NCBI GenBank assembly: GCA_046539325.1
Contig: JBKHHD010000005.1
Location: forward strand, 15,248 to 79,247
Reading direction: 5' to 3'
DNA: 64,000 nt
DNA from: Candidatus Aenigmatarchaeota archaeon
Lineage (GTDB): Archaea; Aenigmatarchaeota; Aenigmatarchaeia; PWEA01
Under the pieces are notes generated by a model. It was not told the origin of the DNA. It did not search any database and saw only the letters and a list, made by a program, of their open reading frames with translations. Shown one piece after another: positions 7,874 through 16,457 of this stretch. How positions within the stretch are numbered: position 1 is the stretch's first letter; each line of letters starts with the position of its first letter. The translations under genes were made by a program, and so were the position numbers.

Positions 7874-10078
7874 CTACGTAATAATTCTACATTCAGCACC
7901 TCCACATCTTCCCCCGCCACCGTCATCGTTATCATCTCCATCATCAGAGCCTTCAAGATATTCTGTAACACAAACCTCTCCGCCGTCTTCATCCCCACTC
8001 CCTTTGTCGCCTCTATGCCCGTCGATATCGTCGAGTATGTCACCATTTGCTTCCCAGCCACCACCTTGACCGTCTTGGTCCCAACTCCCGGAGGATACAC
8101 CATCACCACCATCACCACCACATTCATAATGATTAGAATTATCATACGGACAGTCTCCGTTCCCATCATCACCCTCATATTCTGGAGAGCCTGACCATCC
8201 ACCATCACCGCCTCTTGCTCCTCCTCCACCACCATATTCAAAAATTGTGGCCTTATGGCCCGCACCACCACCACCGCCGGCTGCAGCTAAAAACTCTTCA
8301 CTCCCATCATCGTACTTTAACCATAGTTCGGTTGATCCTCCACCTCCACCTGCTTCACTTCCTCCGTAACCACGATTTCCCCCATCTCCACCGTCGGGTT
8401 TTCCATAACCACCACTTTCCTTGTATCGCTGGCTGCCTGCATTTCCAATAGATATATTAAGGTTTACTTCTTCGTCTATAGTGAATGCACCTTGCACGTA
8501 GCCCCCTTCACCACAATCTCCATCTTTGCCTGGGTCTCCACCGTCGGCACCATAAACCTCTATCTCGTAGTTCCCGGGGTCGAGTTCCAATGCATCATCA
8601 CCTACATAGTCGTAACATTCTGTGTTCACGCTTAGTTCGGTGAATTCAGCTGTTATCTCTTTGTCTCCGTCCATTTCAACAGTCAGTTCTTCACTTCCAT
8701 TTCTTTCGTCGCCTGTCCATTTATCCAGACTCCAATCAGGAATATCCGGGTGTGCTTTGAGGGTTATTTCCTCGCCTTCTGGTACGTAGGTTATTCCAGG
8801 AGAAGGGACTGTGTAACCTCCTTTTGGATTTTTTACATCTATTTTGAGGACCTTCAATTCTACATCCGTATAGTTCCTCCCACTGTTGAAGGTCCAGGTG
8901 TGCTCGAAGTCCCATCCATATTCTAGGCCCTCCGTCCTTGTATCTGTGTAAGTGGTCTTACTTTCCATGACTTCTGTTTTCTTCGGTGTTCCAGCTCCTC
9001 CATGTGGATCCTTAGTGATGCCTGCTGTATCGTAGTTCCAGAAAGAGTTTCCTACAACGGAATCACTGTTACTGTATCCTATAAGTCCATTGATATCATT
9101 CCCGCCAGTTACTTGACCCGTTGAATATGCATTGTATACTATTCCTGATGCTGACGTGTATCCTACCAGTCCACCTACACACCACCCATTGCCATTGACA
9201 TGTCCTGTAGAATATGAATCTAATACTATCCCACTATTACTTCCCACGAGGCCTCCTGTGTTGTTTTTTTCTCCAGAAATATTACCAGAGGAGTACGATT
9301 TAAAAATATCTCCACTGTTGTATCCTACTAGTCCACCTACGTTACTATGTCCATCAATGGTTGCCGAAGATGAAGAACTTGAAATTTTTCCATCGTTGTA
9401 TGCTACTAGTCCCCCGGCCCTTAGGAATGAGTCTTCATCTGAAGCCGTATTTTTGGTAATTATTTTGCCTCTGACCCTTGAATTTAATATATCTCCCCAG
9501 TTGACACCTATCAATGCAGCGACTCTGTCCTCTCCACGGATACTTACATTTACTAGTTCTAAGTTTTTGATTTCTGATGAATCATTGGTATGAGCGAAAA
9601 GTGCCGCGTCTTGACTAGACCTATCTATGTGTAAATCCGTTATTTTATGCCCTTGTCCGTGTAATTCCCCCTTAAATTGGTGGTCAGGCCAGTCGCCTAT
9701 TGGTTCAAACCCATCGCCATTGTTCCACTCCTTTGTTCCACTGCAGTCTATGTCGTTTTCGAGATAGTAATTTCCTCCTAGGTCCTCGTTTATATTCTGA
9801 AGTTCTTGACAGCTTTCTATTGCTGTGGCATCATCTGGCGGATCTCCGGTCCTGTCCTTTGGGTGTATGTTCTGCCATTGAAGTATAGGATACTTTGTTC
9901 TGTGCTCTACTAGGTCCTCACTCCGTCTTTCACCAGTATCCGTTAGGTCACTGGAACCTTCTTGTAGCATGTCGCCTAGCTCTGTGAAAATAACACCAAC
10001 TACCAGAAGTGCTATTACGGCTCCTACTACTAGTCCAAGGGTGAATTCAACTCCAGAACGGCCGAGGAACATTGACAT
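7874..10078 (-). CDS. Large pilin-anchored adhesin: GLUG beta-helix + InlB B-repeat + ALK/LTK-type Gly-rich domain
   Basis: GRSG|VEFT + helix; YYLENDIDC, F.GELHGQGHKI, repeated VGGLVGYN; W..DKWTGD B-repeat; YEIEVYGADGG...GGGGGST...AGGGGGAG. Confidence 0.8.
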   Translation of the reverse strand: MSMFLGRSGVEFTLGLVVGAVIALLVVGVIFTELGDMLQEGSSDLTDTGERRSEDLVEHRTKYPILQWQNIHPKDRTGDPPDDATAIESCQELQNINEDLGGNYYLENDIDCSGTKEWNNGDGFEPIGDWPDHQFKGELHGQGHKITDLHIDRSSQDAALFAHTNDSSEIKNLELVNVSIRGEDRVAALIGVNWGDILNSRVRGKIITKNTASDEDSFLRAGGLVAYNDGKISSSSSSATIDGHSNVGGLVGYNSGDIFKSYSSGNISGEKNNTGGLVGSNSGIVLDSYSTGHVNGNGWCVGGLVGYTSASGIVYNAYSTGQVTGGNDINGLIGYSNSDSVVGNSFWNYDTAGITKDPHGGAGTPKKTEVMESKTTYTDTRTEGLEYGWDFEHTWTFNSGRNYTDVELKVLKIDVKNPKGGYTVPSPGITYVPEGEEITLKAHPDIPDWSLDKWTGDERNGSEELTVEMDGDKEITAEFTELSVNTECYDYVGDDALELDPGNYEIEVYGADGGDPGKDGDCGEGGYVQGAFTIDEEVNLNISIGNAGSQRYKESGGYGKPDGGDGGNRGYGGSEAGGGGGSTELWLKYDDGSEEFLAAAGGGGGAGHKATIFEYGGGGGARGGDGGWSGSPEYEGDDGNGDCPYDNSNHYECGGDGGDGVSSGSWDQDGQGGGWEANGDILDDIDGHRGDKGSGDEDGGEVCVTEYLEGSDDGDDNDDGGGGRCGGAECRIIT

Positions 10079-10164
10079 GGAAACTCCTATGTACTAATTG
10101 ATTGTCTTGATTTTAAAGTTTTAGTAAGCTTTCTCCTAGATCTTGGTGCGGTTTTCTCCTTTAA

Positions 10165-10193
10165 TTTTAAGTCTAAAGTTAAATCATTGCATG
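10165..10193. repeat. 29-bp direct repeat, copy 2
   Basis: ttttaagtctaaagttaaatcattgcatg. Confidence 0.85.
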
Positions 10194-10237
10194 GTCAACT
10201 ATTCGGAGAAACTATGCTCCCAAAAAACTCTCCTTTG

Positions 10238-11389
10238 CTAAGGATCATCCTGACAAACACATCTATCATGCATCCCTGACACACTTTTACAGTCCTTCCA
10301 CTCGTACTCGCCTTTTGTTGCTCCTGTTTTTATACACTTATAATCTTGGTCACATTCGTCACCAGAATCGGAGCCATCGCCACATCCATCACCGCTCTCA
10401 TCCACCGATTCACAGGCCATTACTTCGCCCTCACAACACATCTTCTGGTTACCATCCCACGTTGCACCTGAGTCCTTGCACTCATCACCAACTTCGCATT
10501 CGTCTTCGTCACACCCATCCTCATCATCCTCGTCACCATTATCTCTTGAATAAGATGAGGGTTGAATAGTTTGTGAAGAGCTGTATTCGTCCTTGATCAA
10601 TACCTTTGGTTTTTGCATATTACCTTTTAGATCAACGGAGTAGGAAATATCATATACCTCGACATTGCATTTTACTTTTGTCATAGCATAGCCACTTTTT
10701 GTATCGCCCCATGAATTGATACAATTGTCTGCATTATCGTCTGGTTCCCATTTACGCCTGTCGGAAGAAACATCTTCTTGATAACAGGGATTTTCTGATT
10801 GTTGAACCACTTCCTTGTATCCCCTGCACTGACAGTACTGGTCTACATCATCCCAGGAACCTGTCATGCTCGAGCCACATTCGCCCCAGCCTGTAAAATC
10901 CCGGGCATTAACGTCTACAGGGAAGTCAACCACCACAGGTTCTAAAGACTTCTCCACATGCAAATAGTTAACACTGAGGCTCATATACTGCTGAGGGTCC
11001 TCTCCGTCACCGGTCATTTCTGTACCGTTTAGGCTGTCTAAATAGCTCTTAATTTTTTCCTCTATGTCGTCAATTCCAGGTTCACCATCTTCCTCCGAAT
11101 AGGCTTCTCTTGTTCCAAGCCACACTGCATCATCGACGAGATCTCTTGAACTATCATACCTCAACTTCGCGTTTATGGTTTCTGATTGCTCCAGGCCTAT
11201 TCGACCTGCACCAGTAGATCCAGTAACCAGCACTGTAAATGCCACCGCCAGTCCTCCCCCTACGATTACTGCACTGACTACTCCAACCACTAATAAGCTT
11301 ATAGCTCCACTTTCGGATGACATTTTTGACATTTTATCAATCCTTGTTTTATTTACTGTAAATTCTATCTGACTTGTTAATTTATTCAA
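10238..11389 (-). CDS. Membrane-anchored pilin-like protein with Cys-rich domains
   Basis: SESG|AISLLVV hydrophobic helix; central Cys domain; duplicated DEC-x5-C-xx-(S/T)GAT tail; start uncertain. Confidence 0.7.
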   Translation of the reverse strand: MNKLTSQIEFTVNKTRIDKMSKMSSESGAISLLVVGVVSAVIVGGGLAVAFTVLVTGSTGAGRIGLEQSETINAKLRYDSSRDLVDDAVWLGTREAYSEEDGEPGIDDIEEKIKSYLDSLNGTEMTGDGEDPQQYMSLSVNYLHVEKSLEPVVVDFPVDVNARDFTGWGECGSSMTGSWDDVDQYCQCRGYKEVVQQSENPCYQEDVSSDRRKWEPDDNADNCINSWGDTKSGYAMTKVKCNVEVYDISYSVDLKGNMQKPKVLIKDEYSSSQTIQPSSYSRDNGDEDDEDGCDEDECEVGDECKDSGATWDGNQKMCCEGEVMACESVDESGDGCGDGSDSGDECDQDYKCIKTGATKGEYEWKDCKSVSGMHDRCVCQDDP

Positions 11390-11853
11390 CCGCCTGCATT
11401 TTTATCGACAAGTATTGCCCTACCAAGCTTCTCATTTCCTAATAGGATGGTTCTTGAGGCCACTTCTTTTCTTGGATCATCCGGTCTTCCATGGATATAT
11501 GTATTGCCTTGGTATTCAAAACGAATATAATAGTTGTCACCATTCTCCCCCTGAAATTTATTCTCCAAATCTTCTATTTCATCGTCTATGTCATCATTAC
11601 GGCCGTTGTAGGTGTAGATATAATCTATAAACTTCCTGCGGACTGATTCGCCGTTATCGTCCTCCGTTCTCAGGAAGGCACTAAGTACTATTTCATCTGT
11701 ATGTCTATCGATCTCTTCAACTTCGATCTCGACATCCCTCTTTAGTTCAACAAAGTAGTTTATCGTGAAAAGTACGAGAAAAAACATAGCAGTGAATATA
11801 AGTGTGGCTATGAGTATCGTGAACTGCCCTTTTTTGTTTTCTCTATTTATCAT
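11386..11853 (-). CDS. Minor pilin
   Basis: NKKG|QFTIL class III signal peptide. Confidence 0.75.
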   Translation of the reverse strand: MINRENKKGQFTILIATLIFTAMFFLVLFTINYFVELKRDVEIEVEEIDRHTDEIVLSAFLRTEDDNGESVRRKFIDYIYTYNGRNDDIDDEIEDLENKFQGENGDNYYIRFEYQGNTYIHGRPDDPRKEVASRTILLGNEKLGRAILVDKNAGG

Positions 11854-11863
11854 GTTTCATCTC

Positions 11864-12841
11864 CTAAACCTTTTTCCAGTAAGCTTCTGTGCTTGATCCA
11901 GAGTGGACATCACTTACACATTCATACATATCTGCACACTCATTTCCAACGTATTCGAGGTCGCACTTCTCTACTGTCCCGTTGTCGCAACATATCTCTA
12001 ACTCTTCTCCCCGGGTATCATATACCTCAGTGTGATAGAGATCAATATCCTCAAGAATGGTCCGAGAGTAGGTACAGGGTTCTTCACCTGCTTCTACAAA
12101 ATAACTGGTTTCATCACCCTTTTTTACTGCTGAAGTTTCAACATTTTCGTCGAATTCCATCTCTGGTACCTTCAGATTGTAGTCTTTGAATATATAGGTT
12201 GCCTTTCCCTTGTCGTCTATCCTGGCATCTATTTTTAACCTATCACCTGTTTTTCCTTTATCAGACTGGATAGTATGATTTTTATCGAACATAGTTTCCA
12301 ATTTGAGAGGCTCGCCATCTTCATACCAGGCTATCTTCCCTGTCCTGGTAGTAGAGGGTCCGAAATGTGGTGGATGTACCATGTAAAAAGTTGCGGTCCC
12401 GAGATTGTTTCCAGATCCCGTGTCTATAGTCACAGGCACATCCCACTCTGTGATATCTCCTACGACAATATCGCTGAGATCATTACCAAAGCTGTAGTCT
12501 TTGTTTTTTTCATGGTCTTCGACCTCTACGTAAGTCCAGACTGTTGGGTGGTGTGCACAGTCGAGAGCCTCGGTCCCGTCCTTTCTGTTGAGTTTAGCTT
12601 CGGAAAGAACTGCCATTTCGCCTGTCGAGAGGCAATCGGGCGAGGAAAGGATTTCGGCCATTACACTGTTGGCCTGAACCTTGCCCATACTGAAGGAGTA
12701 CCCTTCAACAGCTATGTCTGTGGGTGCTATAATGAAATAGTAAAATACAAATACAAAACCTACCAATACTATAGTGTATAGAAGATACCAGATGAAGTCT
12801 CCTCCTGAAAGCCCTTTCACTCTTTCTTTAAAATTCAGCAT
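11864..12841 (-). CDS. Minor pilin-like protein
   Basis: RVKG|LSGG + helix; ILSSPDCL motif; Cys-rich C-terminus. Confidence 0.7.
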   Translation of the reverse strand: MLNFKERVKGLSGGDFIWYLLYTIVLVGFVFVFYYFIIAPTDIAVEGYSFSMGKVQANSVMAEILSSPDCLSTGEMAVLSEAKLNRKDGTEALDCAHHPTVWTYVEVEDHEKNKDYSFGNDLSDIVVGDITEWDVPVTIDTGSGNNLGTATFYMVHPPHFGPSTTRTGKIAWYEDGEPLKLETMFDKNHTIQSDKGKTGDRLKIDARIDDKGKATYIFKDYNLKVPEMEFDENVETSAVKKGDETSYFVEAGEEPCTYSRTILEDIDLYHTEVYDTRGEELEICCDNGTVEKCDLEYVGNECADMYECVSDVHSGSSTEAYWKKV

Positions 12842-14270
12842 AATCCTCTACCACCTTATTGAGCTCACCGTCTTTTATCTCGATAACACTTCCACATTTT
12901 ATGGTTCGTTCTGGCATGTACCACGTATCTTCAAAGTCCCAGCCTCTGCTTTCAGAAAAGGTTTCTTTACTTGTCATTTCTGCCATGAAAAGGGGCTCTC
13001 CTGCGCCACTGTCCTGGTCCAGGGATATTCCTGCTGTGGCCATGTTCCAGAAAGAGCTTTCAACAGTAGCCTCACTTGAACCTATCAGTCCACCAAATTC
13101 TGCTGATCCTTCTGAAGGATTGACAGTTCCAGCTGAATAAGAGTTATTAATGGGATTTGATGATGAAGCCTGATGGCCTACTAATCCCCCTATTTTAAGC
13201 GTACGTAGATCCGCTTCGATATGAATGTTTGATGTGCTGTAAGAGTTAGAAATACCTCCATCGAGATGTGTTACACCTACAAGTCCCCCGACTCTATCTC
13301 CTTCGGCTTTAACCATACCCGCCGAGAATGATTCTGAGATATCTCCATGTGAAAATGAACCTGCTAGGCCACCGACCTTTTCTTCCCCTTTGACATAGGC
13401 CTTGCTATAGGATTTGCTTATATCTGAGGTTTTCTGCGAACTAGATCCAACTAGTCCGCCTACAGAACTACTTCCTTGTACTGAACCGGTGGTGTGTGAT
13501 TTTTTTATATCTGAGAAATAAGCATTTCCGACTAATCCACCAACTGTATTTCCACCCTTGATTTTTACATCTTCAACACCGATGTTTCTTATTTCGCCCT
13601 CGGAAACGTACCCAAACAAGCCAACATTATCTTCATTTGCTCTGTCAATATATAAGCCGCTTATTGTATGTCCTTGGCCGTCGAACTCCCCCATGAAGTA
13701 ATTATGGTTTTTCTGTTCTCCTATCGGCTCCCAACCCTGTCCTCCGTTAGCGTCTCTTCCTGCGACCTCTTCATAACCGGGGGTATCCGAATCCAGATTA
13801 TTCTTCAGGACGTAATTTTTATTTAAGTCATTTCTTATATCATCCAGATCATTCCAGTTTCTTATAGGGACGGAGTCTTCATGTTCACCTTCTATTTCTT
13901 CGTTGTTCTTTTCCCAACGATGTTTTGGAAAGGACGGCCCCTTATGGAAGTTCCAGTAGGTTTTAGTGGTTAAATTATCTTCGTCTTCAACATCCAGTCT
14001 CGAACGTACAGCATCCTTTGTAAAGGTGATCTCACAGTCTGAAGTAAGCAAGGTTCTCTTTTCGATAGTAGTTTCTTCAGGAAAAGCCGAAGTGATCGTC
14101 ATGTCGCTCGCGAGCTCTACGTTCTGATGCTGTATTTGGTTCTCTGCGCCCAATGAAATGAGCTCTGTTACCATATCCCCGCCGACAACCATCACCAGTA
14201 GCATTAGAATTACTATAACAACGAGGCCGAGGGACTTTCCAATAGCGACTCCTTTCGTCCATGGGGACAT
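12828..14270 (-). CDS. Pilin-like protein with GLUG beta-helix domain
   Basis: WTKG|VAIG + helix; WNDLDDIRNDL..NYVL, GWEPIG, F.GEFDGQGHTISGLYIDR, repeated VGGLVG, GWDFEDTW. Confidence 0.8.
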   Translation of the reverse strand: MSPWTKGVAIGKSLGLVVIVILMLLVMVVGGDMVTELISLGAENQIQHQNVELASDMTITSAFPEETTIEKRTLLTSDCEITFTKDAVRSRLDVEDEDNLTTKTYWNFHKGPSFPKHRWEKNNEEIEGEHEDSVPIRNWNDLDDIRNDLNKNYVLKNNLDSDTPGYEEVAGRDANGGQGWEPIGEQKNHNYFMGEFDGQGHTISGLYIDRANEDNVGLFGYVSEGEIRNIGVEDVKIKGGNTVGGLVGNAYFSDIKKSHTTGSVQGSSSVGGLVGSSSQKTSDISKSYSKAYVKGEEKVGGLAGSFSHGDISESFSAGMVKAEGDRVGGLVGVTHLDGGISNSYSTSNIHIEADLRTLKIGGLVGHQASSSNPINNSYSAGTVNPSEGSAEFGGLIGSSEATVESSFWNMATAGISLDQDSGAGEPLFMAEMTSKETFSESRGWDFEDTWYMPERTIKCGSVIEIKDGELNKVVEDYAEF

Positions 14271-14316
14271 AATAGTTTAATTATATCTTTTGTTTAAAAT
14301 TGTTTATATTCCCCTT

Positions 14317-14715
14317 TCAGTTCTCCGGAACGCTTGGGTTAAGTGTATACTGGCATGCAATATATTCGTTACCTTTTTTGCACATCCCATAATAGTTACT
14401 TTCTTCATCTAGAACTCCTTTCCAGCCCTCGGGACAGAAACAGTCTGAGTCTTCTACAGCGTTATATTCGTTGTTAGGCGTTCTCACTGCATCCACGCAC
14501 GTTACGTTCCATTCATCGTCCTCTTTTGTGCTATTAGGTCTACAGTTTCCATCTCTGATACAGGCAGCAGGGTTATCATTATGCTGTTCACAGCCTATGT
14601 CCATATCGGAGAAATTCATCGCAAGAAGGACTATTACCACGAGTGCCAGACTTAGCTTTATCATTAGGAAAAGTATTTCTTCCATTGACTTTGAAGTTCC
14701 TTTATTAGAGATCAT
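14317..14715 (-). CDS. Pilin-like protein with Cys-rich/EGF-like C-terminus
   Basis: SNKG|TSKSMEE + helix; CFCPEGWKG. Confidence 0.72.
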   Translation of the reverse strand: MISNKGTSKSMEEILFLMIKLSLALVVIVLLAMNFSDMDIGCEQHNDNPAACIRDGNCRPNSTKEDDEWNVTCVDAVRTPNNEYNAVEDSDCFCPEGWKGVLDEESNYYGMCKKGNEYIACQYTLNPSVPEN

Positions 14716-14716
14716 A

Positions 14717-14863
14717 TCAATACTCCAGCACTGACAATGCTGTTTCTATAGTAGGCTCGAGTGTATAGTAAATTATACCTACTATAAGGGCCAGTAAGAT
14801 AAGAATTGCAATTATTTTCAGAGGATCCTTTGTTGTATTTGATATATCATAAAAAGTTGACAT
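14717..14863 (-). CDS. 48-aa single-helix membrane/pilin-like protein (not in ORF track)
   Basis: MSTFYDISNTTKDPLKIIAILILLALIVGIIYYTLEPTIETALSVLEY; fills the gap between neighbours with 1-nt spacing; no KG cleavage motif. Confidence 0.6.
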   Translation of the reverse strand: MSTFYDISNTTKDPLKIIAILILLALIVGIIYYTLEPTIETALSVLEY

Positions 14864-14864
14864 T

Positions 14865-15011
14865 TTATATTCCCCTAATTCTATGTATCAGTAGATCTGA
14901 TATATTTCCCAAAGAGCCTTCTGCAGTTAGAATTAAAGCCGTGGCAATCGCGAGAATTATAAGTGCCCCTATCAGAAACAATATCGTACTGCTGAATCCC
15001 TTTCTTTTCAT
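14865..15011 (-). CDS. 48-aa Flp-like pilin
   Basis: Start moved to ATG 15011 after AGGTGA RBS; MKRKG|FSSTILFLIG. Confidence 0.72.
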   Translation of the reverse strand: MKRKGFSSTILFLIGALIILAIATALILTAEGSLGNISDLLIHRIRGI

Positions 15012-15019
15012 CCTTTCAC

Positions 15020-15193
15020 CTAGATCAGATTGCCTAAAAACTGCATCATGTTTCCTATCCATCCTTCACCGGAGCCGATTATATCAGTCCCAATTAAAAA
15101 GAGCATTCCAACGAGTATTACAACTGCTATTATTGCAACGAGCACTTCTAAAGACATCTTCCCCTTTTTAAGAAATCTAGCTTTGTTCAGCAT
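15020..15193 (-). CDS. 57-aa Flp-like pilin (not in ORF track)
   Basis: MLNKARFLKKG|KMSLEVLVAIIAVVILVGMLFLIGTDIIGSGEGWIGNMMQFLGNLI; Glu at +5. Confidence 0.78.
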   Translation of the reverse strand: MLNKARFLKKGKMSLEVLVAIIAVVILVGMLFLIGTDIIGSGEGWIGNMMQFLGNLI

Positions 15194-15236
15194 CTTCGCT
15201 CTACCTTTATTTTATCCTCTCCTGCATTTAAATATG

Positions 15237-16391
15237 TCAACTGCCTTCTGATTGGTATTCCTCGTCTACCTCCCAGTAATATTCTTTCTCTGCTAAACAA
15301 AGGCACCATGCTTCACCAGCTTCTTCTTCGCAGAACTCTTCTTCGGAGTCAATCTTCTCATAGCCCCTTGGAGCGTCCTTTTGTTCGAAACAACCCGAGG
15401 ACCAGATTATTTCATCTTTGGCGCTGCACTGGTCTGCACAGGCGGCGTCAAGTTCTGTGCCTCCCTCTCTTGAATCCCTTTCCTTTGAACTGCAGACTAC
15501 AGGAGCATAGAGTTCAAAGGGATGGGTACCTTCCCAGTATCTCCGTAGTAACATGAGTTGGAATCTCCTCTTTGAGTTGGGGATTTTTATATCAACGCCT
15601 TTACCTATAGCGAAGTCAGAAACCGGATCGCCATCTATCTGAATATCATCTCCTGAGTCCGAGGCCATCCACCTCACATCGCCCATTTCACTAAGAGTGC
15701 TACCCTCCTTGTTCCAGAGAACTGTCCCTTCTTCAAAGTTCCATAGAGCACACCTACCGCTTTCGAAAGTAGAAAAAATTACGCAGCCTTCGTGACTGTC
15801 TAGATTACTTAGACTGTTTACCTCATTTTGACCTACTTCATCCAGTGCGTCTTTACATGCTCCTTTTGTTTCGCCACCAGAGCTGTGTGTATATATCATA
15901 TCTCCTTCGCTGTCAATAAGTTCATACTCCAGGTGTTTTCCAGGATGTTGATCTGTTAAGTGGAACTCACCGAGATTGTCGTCGTTTCCATCCCTTACAT
16001 AGGAGTGTATGTATTTTCCTTGTCTATCGGATACACCACAGTAGCAGCCTGCAGATTCTACGTCTATGGCGAAATCTGCTATCCTTTCCTGGGCGATGGT
16101 ATCCGTCCCTACAGGATTGCCCCACTTTCCTCGGGATACCCCACTTACAAGACCTTCCCAGACCCTGTCCTTCAAGAAGCTGTGTCCTTCGATGCTTGCC
16201 TGTATATCACAGTATGTCGGGCATACAACGTCCTTACCAATAATCTGATTTCCTACACGGCCTATTATTTTTCCTCCCAGAGAACCTGTTATAATTATTA
16301 TGATGATAACGAAAACTATGATCAGCATTGCACCAGACATGCCTTTTTTCATTCTATTTTCCGAACTTTCGTAATTTCTCAAAGTTATCAC
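15237..16391 (-). CDS. Cys-rich pilin-like protein, paralog 3 of 3
   Basis: MKKG|MSGA (likely start 16352); GCYCGVS.R.GKYIH, EFHLT.QHP, LYAPVVC, EKEYYWEVDEEY. Confidence 0.8.
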   Translation of the reverse strand: MITLRNYESSENRMKKGMSGAMLIIVFVIIIIIITGSLGGKIIGRVGNQIIGKDVVCPTYCDIQASIEGHSFLKDRVWEGLVSGVSRGKWGNPVGTDTIAQERIADFAIDVESAGCYCGVSDRQGKYIHSYVRDGNDDNLGEFHLTDQHPGKHLEYELIDSEGDMIYTHSSGGETKGACKDALDEVGQNEVNSLSNLDSHEGCVIFSTFESGRCALWNFEEGTVLWNKEGSTLSEMGDVRWMASDSGDDIQIDGDPVSDFAIGKGVDIKIPNSKRRFQLMLLRRYWEGTHPFELYAPVVCSSKERDSREGGTELDAACADQCSAKDEIIWSSGCFEQKDAPRGYEKIDSEEEFCEEEAGEAWCLCLAEKEYYWEVDEEYQSEGS

Positions 16392-16457
16392 CTAAATTAA
16401 GTAGCTGGGAACCGTCTTGAATCCCATTGACCTTAATGCATACCTTTAAGTTTTCTA

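Noticed and set aside
7856-8451. CCA/CCT/CAT trinucleotide runs and His-, Val- or Thr-rich ORFs
   Set aside because: These are the codons of the Gly/Asp-rich adhesin domain read in other frames
14815-14845. Out-of-frame NKG motif suggesting a frameshifted pilin
   Set aside because: No start codon in that frame and no slippery site; the intact 48-aa ORF tiles the gap
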